Shown here piece after piece: positions 9,661 to 21,233 of a DNA stretch of 64,000 bases. A program made the position numbers and the translations under genes. Each line of letters opens with the position of its first letter. Within the stretch, counting starts at the first letter, position 1. This stretch comes from Verrucomicrobiota bacterium (GTDB taxonomy: Bacteria > Verrucomicrobiota > Verrucomicrobiia > Opitutales > Seribacteraceae), in contig JAQBYT010000016.1 of assembly GCA_027622665.1 (NCBI GenBank), positions 1-64,000 of the forward strand, written 5' to 3'. A model generated the notes under the pieces. It did no database searches and was not told the DNA's origin. It saw nothing but the letters and a program-made list of their open reading frames with translations.

Positions 9661-10875
9661 TTACTTCCCGAGGCCGAAGGCGGCATGAGCCACACGGGTG
9701 GCCATCTCACCGTCTTCGGGATTCACCGCCACCGAGATTTTAATCTCGGAAGTGCTGATCATGAGCATGTTTACGCCTACCTCGGCCAAGGCCTCGAAGA
9801 ACTTGGAAGCCACACCCGAGTGGGAACGCATACCCACGCCGACCACGGAAATTTTGGCGATCTTCGTGCTCCGACCTAGCTTGCCGCCTCCACCGGTGGC
9901 AAATTGCTCCTTGAGAGCCTTCTCTGCCCGAAAAGCGTCCTCGGACGGCACCGTGAAGGTAAGGTTGGCCTTCCCGTTCCTCGCCACGTTCTGGACGATC
10001 AGGTCGACCACGACCCCGGTCTCGGACATCACCTTGAACACTGAGGCGGCGGAACCAGGACGATCCGGGAGGTCGGTAACGCTGATGCGAACTTGATTAT
10101 TGTCTATGGCCACGCCGCTTACGAGCATGTCCTCGAGGGATTTCACTTTCTTTTTCACGGTAGTTCCCGTCTTGTTGGAAAAGGTGGAGCGCACTTCGAA
10201 GACGACGTTGTGCTTTTGCGCGAACTCAACCGCCCGCGTTTGCATAACCTTGGAGCCACTGCTCGCGAGTTCAAGCATTTCTTCGTAACTGATCTCCGGA
10301 ATCTTGCGGGCATCGGGCACGGTACGAGGATCAGCGGTATAAACTCCTTCGACGTCGGTGAAGATCTGACAGGTTTTCGCATTAAGTGCTCCCGCCATCG
10401 CAATGGCACTAAGGTCGGAGCCGCCGCGACCGAAAGTGGTCAGGTCGCCATCCTCGTCCAATCCCTGAAAACCCGCCAAGACCACGACTTTATTTTGCCG
10501 CAGATGTTTGCGAATACTCCCTCCGGTGATTTCACGAATACGGGCCCGAGCATGGTTACCGTCGGTAAGGATTCCGGCTTGCCATCCGGTCATAGAAACG
10601 GCGGGAACGCTCAAGGCGTGCAGGGCCATCGCAAGCAGGGAGATCGTTTCCTGCTCGCCGCAAGTCATGAGCATATCCATCTCCCGTTCATCGGGTTGCT
10701 TGCGAATCGCATTGGCGCGAGAGATTAAGTCATTGGTCACGCCGGCCCGGGCGGAAACCACCACCACCACCTTATTGCCTTGGCTCCATGTACGCTTCAC
10801 TCGGCGAGCGACGCGCTTGATGCAACAGACGTCGGCCACCGAGGTGCCACCGTACTTCTGGACGATTAGATTCAT
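9661..10875 (-). CDS. lysC: Aspartate kinase
   Basis: VQKYGGTSV, GRGGSD, TDVEGVYTADPR, two ACT domains (STSEIKIS). Confidence 0.96.
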   Translation of the reverse strand: MNLIVQKYGGTSVADVCCIKRVARRVKRTWSQGNKVVVVVSARAGVTNDLISRANAIRKQPDEREMDMLMTCGEQETISLLAMALHALSVPAVSMTGWQAGILTDGNHARARIREITGGSIRKHLRQNKVVVLAGFQGLDEDGDLTTFGRGGSDLSAIAMAGALNAKTCQIFTDVEGVYTADPRTVPDARKIPEISYEEMLELASSGSKVMQTRAVEFAQKHNVVFEVRSTFSNKTGTTVKKKVKSLEDMLVSGVAIDNNQVRISVTDLPDRPGSAASVFKVMSETGVVVDLIVQNVARNGKANLTFTVPSEDAFRAEKALKEQFATGGGGKLGRSTKIAKISVVGVGMRSHSGVASKFFEALAEVGVNMLMISTSEIKISVAVNPEDGEMATRVAHAAFGLGK

Positions 10876-12200
10876 TAGGAATTATCCTTACCGTTGGGAT
10901 CGAACATGCGAAAGAGTACGGGAGCTTCTAGGACTCCGGGCAATTTTTCCAGCTTTTCCATCGCCAAGGCCATGGAATGCTCGTTTGTTTTATGCGTGGT
11001 AAGGATCAAGGACGCCGCATTCCGACATTCCTTGAGAGTTTGAGAAACCGTGGCTATACTTATCTCTTGATCGGACAAGGCTTCGGCTACTTGAGCCAAC
11101 TGACCCGGGCGGTCGTCCACCGTAAGGCGGAGATAGAAGGAACCTTTCACCTCTCGAGCCGTGGCAGGAGAACATTGGTCGGGCGTGACGTGCAAAAGCT
11201 TCGGCGGCGGAGCATCACCCGTGATGGTCTTGACTATGTCGACTATGTCACCGACGACCGAACTGGCGGTCGGGTCTTGTCCCGCGCCACGACCAGTTAA
11301 CACTGTAGTGCCAACGGCCGTGCCCGTTATGCTCACGCCATTGTAGACGCCGTCGGTTCGGGCAATTATTTCATCCATCGGGACGAGTGCCGGATGAACG
11401 CCTACGGAAACGTGATTGTTGGAAAAATTTCGGCGGATCACGGCAATCAGCTTGATTTTGCCATTCAACTCGCGAGCAGCTTGCAAATCCTCGTTGGAAA
11501 TTCGGCGTATGCCCTCGATCGGCATATCTTCGATGGGATACCACATTCCATGGGCGAGATAGGCGAGGATGACCGCCTTGTGGGCAGCGTCGACCCCATC
11601 GAGGTCCAACGCTTCGTCCGCCTCGACGTAACCGAGAGAACGGGCATCATTCAGTACCTCCTCAAAAGAAGCTCCTTCCTGCTCCATACGAGTCAAGATA
11701 TAGTTGGAGGTACCGTTAAGAATACCGTAAACAAGAGGAAACTCGTTCGCGACCAGACATTCCCGGAGCACCTTTATAATAGGTATACCGCCAGCAACAC
11801 TGGCCTCGAAGGCGTAGCGGACGTTTGCCTTTTCCGCCGCTTCGAACATCTCCTGCCCGTGCTCGCAGATGAGAGCCTTGTTCGCCGTCACCACGTGCTT
11901 GCCGTTGGCGAATGCTCGAAGCGTTAGCTCGCGAGCCACCTCCACGCCGCCCATCAATTCGCAAATCACGTCGATGTCGGGGTCATCCACGATGGATTGT
12001 GCATCAGAGGTAAGCTGGTCGGTGGAAATCTCGACTTCCCGAGCCTTGGAAAGATCCCGGACGGCGGCTCTAACAGGTTCCAAGGAAACGCCCAAAATGC
12101 GGGAAAGAGAGTTTGCGTTGTCGGTCAACTGCTTCCAAGTCCCCTGCCCCACCGTGCCGAAACCGAGAATACCTATGCGAATTACTTTTTTCTCACTCAT
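10875..12200 (-). CDS. hom: Homoserine dehydrogenase with C-terminal ACT
   Basis: GFGTVG, VVTANK, EASVAGGIP, GILNGTSNYIL, GRGAG, DRPG ACT motif. Confidence 0.96.
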   Translation of the reverse strand: MSEKKVIRIGILGFGTVGQGTWKQLTDNANSLSRILGVSLEPVRAAVRDLSKAREVEISTDQLTSDAQSIVDDPDIDVICELMGGVEVARELTLRAFANGKHVVTANKALICEHGQEMFEAAEKANVRYAFEASVAGGIPIIKVLRECLVANEFPLVYGILNGTSNYILTRMEQEGASFEEVLNDARSLGYVEADEALDLDGVDAAHKAVILAYLAHGMWYPIEDMPIEGIRRISNEDLQAARELNGKIKLIAVIRRNFSNNHVSVGVHPALVPMDEIIARTDGVYNGVSITGTAVGTTVLTGRGAGQDPTASSVVGDIVDIVKTITGDAPPPKLLHVTPDQCSPATAREVKGSFYLRLTVDDRPGQLAQVAEALSDQEISIATVSQTLKECRNAASLILTTHKTNEHSMALAMEKLEKLPGVLEAPVLFRMFDPNGKDNS

Positions 12201-12201
12201 G

Positions 12202-12864
12202 TCAGGGGCGAATTATGGTATTGGAGTCCGCTCCGTCATTCTTGTCGCGGACGAATCGGCTTTCGGTGCCTTCGCGAAGACGAGTGATGTTGGAACGATG
12301 TCGCCAGCCGATCCAACCCATCACGAGCAAGGCCAAGCCCACTTCAGCCCAATGGAAACCAGCGGATCCCACCAAGGACAGCACTAGAGCGCTCACGGGC
12401 AGGCTGACCCCAAAACCGATCGAGGCCACCGCCACGTAGCGGGTGGCGTAAAAAAGAATGAGCCATGTGACCAAGCCGATCAGCAGAGAACCCGGCATCA
12501 CACCGAGTAAACCGCCCATGGTGGAGGCCACGCCCTTACCTCCCCGAAAGCGAGAGAACACCGGATAAGTGTGGCCCAACACGGCCGCGGGCAAGCCCCA
12601 CAGGCCAAGAAGCGGATCCTCCGAAAAGACAAACAGCGGAAACAAGAACCAAGTAGTGGCCACCAGCCCCTTCAGGAAATCGAGAAAGAACACCAGATAC
12701 CCCGCCGACTTGCCCACCTCGCGAAGAACGTTGGTGGCGCCCGGGTTACCGCTTCCCACACTAAAAATGTCCACGCCCGCTCGTTTCGCCACGATGACCG
12801 CAAAGGGAATCGATCCCAAGAGGTAACCGACGAGCATAACGGCTATATTCTCAACGGAGAGCAT
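12202..12864 (-). CDS. plsY: Glycerol-3-phosphate acyltransferase PlsY
   Basis: YLLGSIP, GSGNPGATN, GH.YP..F.GGKGVA, RHRSNI.RL. Confidence 0.95.
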   Translation of the reverse strand: MLSVENIAVMLVGYLLGSIPFAVIVAKRAGVDIFSVGSGNPGATNVLREVGKSAGYLVFFLDFLKGLVATTWFLFPLFVFSEDPLLGLWGLPAAVLGHTYPVFSRFRGGKGVASTMGGLLGVMPGSLLIGLVTWLILFYATRYVAVASIGFGVSLPVSALVLSLVGSAGFHWAEVGLALLVMGWIGWRHRSNITRLREGTESRFVRDKNDGADSNTIIRP

Positions 12865-12954
12865 TGTGGGTATGGTAAAAGTGGAGTGAGATCCCGAGTT
12901 AAGGGAAGTTCGGAAGCTAGGGTAGTGAAGTATTATATAAAAAGTTGTTGAAGA

Positions 12955-14550
12955 TCAGGCGAGACGAGCAATGCGGGCCTCGTGGATGTCGGGATCGGCC
13001 TCCAGCGCGGATAGGGCCCCGGCGGGAGGCTCATCGTCCAGTTCGCAAATGGTGAGGGCCAGTTCCCCGCCCTCCGCTCGGCTCAGCGACATGTTCGCGA
13101 TGTTCACCTCGTGTTGGCCGAGAATGGTGCCCAGCTTGCCCACGATGCCGGGCTTGTCGGTGTTGCGCACCACAAGAAGAACGTCCGCGGGGTGCACCTC
13201 GATGGCGATGCCGTCCACCTCCACGATACGCGGGTCGTTCGCCTTGCCGAGCAAGGTACCGCGCACGGAAGTCTTGCGACCACCCGTCTCAGTCACCTTC
13301 ACCTCGATCAATTCGTTGTAGTCGGTCTCGGAGGAGGATTTCGTGACCTCCACTTCGATCCCGAGTGCCTTCAACTTGTAGGGGGCGTTCACGTCGTTCA
13401 CGCCCTCGTCTCCCGCAATGCCATGAAGCCATCCCTTCTGCACGGCGCGAGTCAATGGCACGGCATCCAAGTCCACGATGCTCCCCCAATAGACGATGCC
13501 GATGCTCGCCACCTCCCCACACGCAGCTTGCCTGGCGAAACTGCCGAGGCGCTGGCACAGGTTGAGGTAAGGGGAAAGCGCCGCCAAGTCCTTCGGGTCC
13601 ACCGAGGGCATGTTGATCGCGTTCCGGATACGACCACCGCGCAACACCTCGGTCACGGCCTCGGCGATCTCCAGCCCCACGCTGTCCTGGGCCTCCATCG
13701 TGGAAGCCCCTAGGTGAGGCGTCAAATTCAGGTTCTCGATGGAGCGAAACTCATGGTCTTCGGGCAGGGGTTCGGTCTCGTACACGTCCAGTCCGGCCAC
13801 GGCCACCTTGCCCGAGCGCAGGGCGTCGGCCAAGGCGCTTTCCTTGATGATGCCGCCGCGGGCGCAATTGAACACGCGCACCCCGTCCTTCATTTTCGCG
13901 AAGGCCGCCTCGTCCACCATGCCGTTGGTTTCGTTCGTCTTCGGCATGTGGACCGTCAAATAGTCGGCCCGGGCGAAACCTTCGTCCAGCTCCACCTTCT
14001 CCACCTCCAGTTCCTTGGCTCGGGCCTCCGTCAGGTACGGGTCGTAGGCCAGTACGTCCATCTCGAAGGCTTTAGCCCGCTTGGCAACCTCGGCCCCGAT
14101 GCGTCCGAGACCAAGCACGACCAAGGTCTTGCCCCGCAACTCGGAACCCTTCAGTTCCTTGCGCTCCCACTTGCCTTCGCTCATCCCTACGGCGCCCCTC
14201 ACGATCGGCCGGGTTCCGCAGAGCATATGGGTAAAAGTCAGCTCGGCCGTCGCGATGGTGTTGCCACCCGGCGTATTCATCACGATCACGCCGGCCGCCG
14301 TGGCCGCATCGATATCGATGTTGTCCACGCCCACGCCTGCTCGGCCCACCACCTTCAGCTTCTTCGCCACAGCCAATACCTCGGGTGTAATCTTGGTTTC
14401 GCTCCGCACGATTATGGCGGCGGCGTCCGAGGCCAGTGCTTGGATTTGTTCGGCTGTGGAGCCATAGGCCTCCGTAACTTCGAAACCATCTTGATTGGAA
14501 AGGTATTCCACTCCGCTGGCGGAAATAGGATCTGCGACGAGAATCTTCAT
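12955..14550 (-). CDS. serA: D-3-phosphoglycerate dehydrogenase
   Basis: GRAGVGVDNID, GLGRIG, NCARGG, TPHLGAST, ASB+ACT tail (DKPGIVG). Confidence 0.96.
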   Translation of the reverse strand: MKILVADPISASGVEYLSNQDGFEVTEAYGSTAEQIQALASDAAAIIVRSETKITPEVLAVAKKLKVVGRAGVGVDNIDIDAATAAGVIVMNTPGGNTIATAELTFTHMLCGTRPIVRGAVGMSEGKWERKELKGSELRGKTLVVLGLGRIGAEVAKRAKAFEMDVLAYDPYLTEARAKELEVEKVELDEGFARADYLTVHMPKTNETNGMVDEAAFAKMKDGVRVFNCARGGIIKESALADALRSGKVAVAGLDVYETEPLPEDHEFRSIENLNLTPHLGASTMEAQDSVGLEIAEAVTEVLRGGRIRNAINMPSVDPKDLAALSPYLNLCQRLGSFARQAACGEVASIGIVYWGSIVDLDAVPLTRAVQKGWLHGIAGDEGVNDVNAPYKLKALGIEVEVTKSSSETDYNELIEVKVTETGGRKTSVRGTLLGKANDPRIVEVDGIAIEVHPADVLLVVRNTDKPGIVGKLGTILGQHEVNIANMSLSRAEGGELALTICELDDEPPAGALSALEADPDIHEARIARLA

Positions 14551-14670
14551 CGGTGTCTAAGGGAAAAGCTTAAAAAAATGGCGATTTCGCGATAAAAGGC
14601 AACGCGGAAACCAAAAAGTCGATTTTCAGTCTTCACCCTAGGCCAAACATACTGCATCCTAATTCCCCTC

Positions 14671-16083
<1,413 letters not shown>

Positions 16084-16115
16084 GACAAACCTCCCCCACA
16101 CCACTCCACAACACC

Positions 16116-16944
16116 TGTCATTGCGAGCCACGAAGTGGCGTGGCAATCCAGCCGAAACTTTGGCATCCCGGACTACGATACCCACTGGATCGCCGCGTCG
16201 GCCCTTTCGGGCCTTCCTCGCGATGACACTTTCTCTTTTTCCTGTCATTGCAGGGAGCGCAGCGACCTTGCAATCCATGCATCCCTCCCCTGTCCTTGCA
16301 GAGAGCAGTGCGATGTAACAATCCACACCCTCCCTTCACCCCTGTCATTGCGAGCCACGCAGTGGCGTGGCAATCCAGCCGAAAACTCTGGCATCCCGGA
16401 CTACGATCCCGACTGGATCGCCGCGTCGGCCCTTTCGGGCCTTCCTCGCGATGACACTTTCTTTATTTTACTGTCCTTGCGGGGAGCAGTCCGGTAAGGC
16501 AAGCCTCGCCCACGCCTCCCCTCCCTGTCATTGCGAGCCACGAAGTGGCGTGGCAATCCAGCCGGACACTTTGGCATCCCGCACTACGATACAGACTGGA
16601 TCGCCGCGTCGGCCCTTGCGGGCCTTCCTCGCGATGACACTTTCTCTTTTTACTGTCCTTGCGGGGAGCAGTCCGGTAAGGCAAGCCTCGCCCACGCCAC
16701 TCCCTCCCTGTCATTGCGAGCCACGCAGTGGCGTGGCAATCCAGCCGGACACTTTGGCATCCCGCACTACGATACAGACTGGATCGCCGCGTCGGCCATT
16801 CAGGCCTTCCTCGCGATGACAAGACTGATGTAGGGAAACTCAAAATTCAGCATGAAAACCCGAGGAACGCGCCAAAACCGGGAAAACCTCATGAGCGGCC
16901 GACTGGATTGCCGCGTCAGCCCTGCGGGCTTCCTCGCAATGACA
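16116..16944. repeat. Array of REP/MITE-like palindromic elements
   Basis: Four ~113-bp copies TGTCATTGCGAG...GCAATCCAG...CTGGATCGC...CTCGCGATGACA at 16116-16228, 16343-16456, 16526-16639, 16709-16821 (last three at 183-bp period), a half copy at 16902-16944 and shorter TGTC(A/C)TTGC units at 16243, 16291, 16472, 16654. Confidence 0.92.
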
Positions 16945-17032
16945 GGTTGGGAGTGCGGCCGATCAGACACTAGGGACTCTGACCTTCGGGACTAAGCGCA
17001 CCCCGCAAAACACAAGGCGCCGACCCCCGAGT

Positions 17033-17686
17033 TCAACCGGTCGCCAAGGCCTTGAACAAGGCCTGAATCTTTTCGGGATCCTTGATGCCTGGAGCGGACT
17101 CGACGCCGCTGTTGGCGTCTATGCGATCGGCACCCGTGGCCGCGATGGCCTCGACCACATTGTCGGGTGACAGCCCCCCCGCGAGAATCCATTTCTTTTC
17201 GGGAAAGCGTTCCTTCAAGTCGGCGAAGCGCAACCAATCCGCAGTATGCCCGGTGCCACCGTAGGCATCCTCGGCAAAGGCGTCGATAAGGAAGGCCTCG
17301 GCGAAATCCAAAAGGTTCTCGGGAAAAGGTTGATCGGGCGGCAACTTGGGAGCGAGCCAGAGGTTTTCCCGGCCCACGATTTCCGCCCATTCCGCAATTC
17401 GCTCGCGGGGAAGATCGTGCGGGAAGTGGAGCTGGTAGCGGGCGAAGCCTACCGTGGCCATGCCTGCGAGGCGTTCGGGATCGGGGTTAACTTCCACGGC
17501 CACGGGCTTTTCGACGGGTACGGGCAAGGCCGCCATTAGGGCGCCGACCTGCTCCAGAGTTATCGCTCGGGGGGATTGCTCGTAAAGGATGAACCCGATG
17601 TGGGACGCGCCCGCCTCGAGGGCAGCGGCACCGTCGCGAGCACGGGTGATTCCACACACCTTGACCAATGGGAAAGAGGAACTCAT
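17033..17686 (-). CDS. trpF: Phosphoribosylanthranilate isomerase
   Basis: VKVCGIT, SPR, QLH, GGTG...DW, ILAGGLSPDNV, SGVESAPGIKD. Confidence 0.93.
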   Translation of the reverse strand: MSSSFPLVKVCGITRARDGAAALEAGASHIGFILYEQSPRAITLEQVGALMAALPVPVEKPVAVEVNPDPERLAGMATVGFARYQLHFPHDLPRERIAEWAEIVGRENLWLAPKLPPDQPFPENLLDFAEAFLIDAFAEDAYGGTGHTADWLRFADLKERFPEKKWILAGGLSPDNVVEAIAATGADRIDANSGVESAPGIKDPEKIQALFKALATG

Positions 17687-19221
17687 GCGTCGGCAGTTCC
17701 AAGGTTCTCCACGAGGGTCTCCACCACGGACTCGAGGGAGGATTTGGGGGACTCGAGATCGACGCTCATCCCGTTATCCTTGAGGGATTCCGATGTGATG
17801 GGCCCGATGCTGCAGTGAATCGGTTTACGGGCGCCTTCTCGCAAAGTGAGAACGTCCTCCTGCTCGGCGAAGGAATCGACGGTGGAGGAGCTAGTGAAGA
17901 CGATGGCATCGGCGCCGTGGGTGCGATAGTAGTCGAGGATGGGCAGTTTCTCGACATCGGCGTAGTCGGTCTCGTAAAGGGGCATGACGTCGACGATGGC
18001 GCGACCGACCTCCTCGAGCAGCTTCACGAGGACTTCTCGGTTGCGGTTGCCCGTGACGACGAGGACGTTGGCGCTATCGAGGCTGTCGGTGTCCACGAGG
18101 GCCTTGGCCAAGTGCTCTGCGGTGGAATCCTCGGGGACGAGCTCGACCTCGAGGTTGAACTTCTCGACCTCCTTGGCGGTTGCAGCCCCAACACAAGCGA
18201 TGCGCATGGGACCGAAGCTGCGAATGTCGGAGAAGGCCCGAAAAAACAACTTGAAGAATTCGCGCACGCCGTTGGCGCTGGTGAAGAGTACCCACTCGTA
18301 GGAGGCGATGCAGGACAATACCTCGGCCACGACTTCCTTGTTGCAAGCGGGTTTCACCTCGATCAGGGGAAGTTCCAAGACCTCGGCTCCCGCCTTTTCG
18401 AGCATCCTATTGAGCTTACTCGCTTGCTCGCGGGCGCGCGTAACTACGATGCGTCGACCAAAGAGCGGACGATCGGAAAACCAATCCTGCTCACGGGCCA
18501 GACCCACGGCGTTGCCGACAAAGATTATCGCGGGCGCAGCGAGACCGGCCTTCTCGACCTCCTCGACGAGAGAGCCGAGGGTGGTGAGCACCTTTCGCTG
18601 GGCGGACAGGGTACCGTGACTGACGACAGCGGCGGGACGATCCTCGCTGAGCCCTCCGTCGAGAAGCTTGTCGGCGATCTCCCGAATTTTTCCCATTCCC
18701 ATATAGACGCAGAGGGTGCCGCCGGCGGCGGCGAACTTGGCGAAGTCGACCCGCAGGGATTCCTTCTCAACATCCTCGTGCCCGGTGAGAAAGGCGATGG
18801 AGGATCCGCAATCCCGATGGGTAAGCGGGATGCCGGCATAGGCGGCGCAGGCGAGGGCCGCGGTAATGCCGGGAACGATCTCGTAGGGAACCTCGGCCTC
18901 GTCGAGAGCCGTCATTTCCTCGGCGCAACGCCCGAAGACGAAGGGGTCCCCACCCTTCAGCCGGAGCACCCACTTGCCCTCTCGGGCTTTCTCCACGAGA
19001 AGTTTGCATATATCCTCCTGGGGCATGGTGTGACGGCCGGGTTGCTTGCCGACGTCGATTCTTTCGCAATCCTTCGAGACTTTTTCGAGCAAGAGAGGGT
19101 TGACCAAGTTGTCGTAGACCACGACCTCGCAAGTGGACACGAGCCTCATCGCCTTGACGGTGACGAGATCGAGGTCTCCGGGACCGGCCCCGACTAGAAA
19201 AACTTTTCCTGAATCACTCAT
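17683..19221 (-). CDS. cobA: Uroporphyrinogen-III C-methyltransferase / uroporphyrinogen-III synthase fusion (CobA-HemD)
   Basis: LVGAGPGD, RLKGGDPFVFGR, PGITA; then VVTRAREQA, FTSANGV, FTSSSTV, SIGPIT of HemD. Confidence 0.93.
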   Translation of the reverse strand: MSDSGKVFLVGAGPGDLDLVTVKAMRLVSTCEVVVYDNLVNPLLLEKVSKDCERIDVGKQPGRHTMPQEDICKLLVEKAREGKWVLRLKGGDPFVFGRCAEEMTALDEAEVPYEIVPGITAALACAAYAGIPLTHRDCGSSIAFLTGHEDVEKESLRVDFAKFAAAGGTLCVYMGMGKIREIADKLLDGGLSEDRPAAVVSHGTLSAQRKVLTTLGSLVEEVEKAGLAAPAIIFVGNAVGLAREQDWFSDRPLFGRRIVVTRAREQASKLNRMLEKAGAEVLELPLIEVKPACNKEVVAEVLSCIASYEWVLFTSANGVREFFKLFFRAFSDIRSFGPMRIACVGAATAKEVEKFNLEVELVPEDSTAEHLAKALVDTDSLDSANVLVVTGNRNREVLVKLLEEVGRAIVDVMPLYETDYADVEKLPILDYYRTHGADAIVFTSSSTVDSFAEQEDVLTLREGARKPIHCSIGPITSESLKDNGMSVDLESPKSSLESVVETLVENLGTADA

Positions 19222-20075
19222 GCTTCGTTCAATGCGTTAAGAGCAAGCTCGACGGCTTCGGCCACGGACAACCCGGAAACGTTGACCGAGCAACGGCCCT
19301 TGCCTCCGTGAAAGACGAAAAATTCGTCCCCCCGAAGATGAGCGCCGATGGCCACCTGGCAACCACCACCCAATGCCTCCAGCAACGAGCGCTCGAGCTC
19401 GACCTGTTCGAAAGTTGCGGGATCGCAAGCGACACGAAAGCGTTCGACGTCCTCCTCGCGGACTTGCAGGGCGATGGCAGCCTGCCCCGGGGCGGGCACC
19501 ATTTCATCGACCGAAAAAGGCCTAAAACCAAGGCCGGGGAAACTATCGATTCCTAAGCGCTTGAGCCCAGCGGCGGCCAGCACGGTGGCGTCGGCCTCGT
19601 GATCCTCCGCAATCTTGCGAAGGCGAGTCCCGACATTGCCGCGAATCTCCTTCCATTCGACCTCGGGGAAACGCTCCGAGAGCTGGGAGCGCCTACGCGG
19701 ACTGCCGGTGGCGATGACCCGAGGGATGTCGACGTCTTCGCGGAATACCAGCATGTCTCGCGGATCCTCTCGCGGGAGATAACCGGCGAGGGCAAGACCC
19801 GTCGGCATGTCGGTGGGCATGTCCTTGGCGCTGTGGACGGCGAGGTCGGCCCGGCCCTCGAGCAGGGCGGTCTCCAACTCCTTCGTAAATAAGCCCTTGC
19901 CGCCTTCCTGCTCGAGAGACCATTCCAGCTGGCGATCTCCCGTCGTGGAAAGGGGAAGCAATTCGACCTCGGCGCCCATGCTGCCCTTGAGCGCTTCGGC
20001 GGCCAACTCAGCCTGCTTCAAGGCAAGCGGACTTTTCCGCGTAGCTAGCGTGATGTGTGGGGCGGTTTCGGTCAC
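19218..20075 (-). CDS. hemC: Hydroxymethylbilane synthase
   Basis: ATRKSPLAL.Q, GKGLFTKELE, VHSAKDMP, RGNVGTRL, GGGCQ. Confidence 0.95.
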   Translation of the reverse strand: MTETAPHITLATRKSPLALKQAELAAEALKGSMGAEVELLPLSTTGDRQLEWSLEQEGGKGLFTKELETALLEGRADLAVHSAKDMPTDMPTGLALAGYLPREDPRDMLVFREDVDIPRVIATGSPRRRSQLSERFPEVEWKEIRGNVGTRLRKIAEDHEADATVLAAAGLKRLGIDSFPGLGFRPFSVDEMVPAPGQAAIALQVREEDVERFRVACDPATFEQVELERSLLEALGGGCQVAIGAHLRGDEFFVFHGGKGRCSVNVSGLSVAEAVELALNALNEA

Positions 20076-20145
20076 GGTCCGGAAACGACAACGCAGAAAA
20101 GGATGCCCTTTCCCGCGCCGCGCGAAAAGTGCTTAACGGAAGAGA

Positions 20146-21174
20146 TCAACCGTAAGCGGCTTGGGCTCCCTTGATGTTCTTCTTCGGGATCCATGGCATG
20201 AGGGAGCGAAGGTGCCGACCGGTAACCTCGATCGGGTGCTCTGCCCCCTCCTCGAGGAGCTTGTTGTAATTGGGAAGCCCGGCTTGGTATTCCTTGACCC
20301 ACTCCTTGGCGAACTTGCCGCTTTGGATTTCCTTGAGGATAGTCCTCATGGAACGCTTGACGTTCGCGTTGATAACGCGAGGGCCACGGGAAACGTCGCC
20401 GTACTTGGCTGTTTCCGAAATGGAGAAACGCATGCCTGCGATACCCGACTCTATCATGAGGTCCACGATGAGCTTCAGCTCGTGCAGACATTCGAAATAG
20501 GCCATCTCGGGAGCATAGCCGGCCTCAACCAAGGTCTCGAACCCGGCCTGTACGAGGGCCGATGCGCCTCCGCAAAGAACGGCTTGCTCGCCGAAGAGAT
20601 CGGTTTCGGTCTCTTCCTTGAAAGTAGTCTGGAGAATACCGGAGCGAGCAGCGCCTATTCCGGCCGCCCAAGCCAAGGCAATGTCCTTGGAAGCCTTGGC
20701 GGAACCCTTGAGCACAGCGATCAAGGCGGGAACGCCCTTGCCTTCCTTGTACTGGGAGCGAACGATGTGACCGGGACCCTTGGGGGCGACCATGATCACG
20801 CTGATGCTGCGCGGAGGCTTGATTAGCCCGAAGTGAATGGCGAAGCCATGCGTGAAGAGAAGGGTTTTTCCCTTGGACAAGTTGGGCTTGATCTCGTTTT
20901 CGTAGACCTCGGCCTGCTTCATGTCGGGCACCCCGATCATGATGACGTCGGCTTGGCGAGTGGCCTCGGCCACGTCGACGACCTCGAAGCCGTGCTTCTT
21001 GGCGATCTTGATGGACTTGCTGCCCTCATAGAGGCCGATGATGACCTTGCAGCCGCTTTCCTTAAGGTTTAGGGCGTGAGCATGGCCTTGGGAGCCATAG
21101 CCAATCACGGCGAGCGTTTTGTTCCTGAGAGAGGTAACTTTGGCCTCTTTTTGCGTATAGACTTTCGCGGGCAT
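20146..21174 (-). CDS. ilvC: Ketol-acid reductoisomerase
   Basis: IGYGSQGHAHA.NL, APKGPGH, ETETDLFGEQAVLCGG, YFECLHELKLIVDL. Confidence 0.97.
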   Translation of the reverse strand: MPAKVYTQKEAKVTSLRNKTLAVIGYGSQGHAHALNLKESGCKVIIGLYEGSKSIKIAKKHGFEVVDVAEATRQADVIMIGVPDMKQAEVYENEIKPNLSKGKTLLFTHGFAIHFGLIKPPRSISVIMVAPKGPGHIVRSQYKEGKGVPALIAVLKGSAKASKDIALAWAAGIGAARSGILQTTFKEETETDLFGEQAVLCGGASALVQAGFETLVEAGYAPEMAYFECLHELKLIVDLMIESGIAGMRFSISETAKYGDVSRGPRVINANVKRSMRTILKEIQSGKFAKEWVKEYQAGLPNYNKLLEEGAEHPIEVTGRHLRSLMPWIPKKNIKGAQAAYG

Positions 21175-21233
21175 GGGCTGACGTATTGGTGGTGATTAGG
21201 TTGAATAGAAAATAAAAATCTGGCGGGAAAAGA

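Noticed and set aside
16116..16944. CRISPR array
   Set aside because: Units are ~113 bp palindromes and the intervening sequences are near-identical rather than unique spacers; no cas genes in the window
16946..17006. tRNA-like or SRP RNA near ffh (GGGAGTGCG...CGCACCCC stem)
   Set aside because: No T-loop TTCGA/CCA and no SRP helix-8 CAGG..GGAA..AGCA motif; only a short stem
17668..19197. 509-aa plus-strand ORF
   Set aside because: Antisense shadow of cobA/hemD caused by GC-rich codon bias; no motifs
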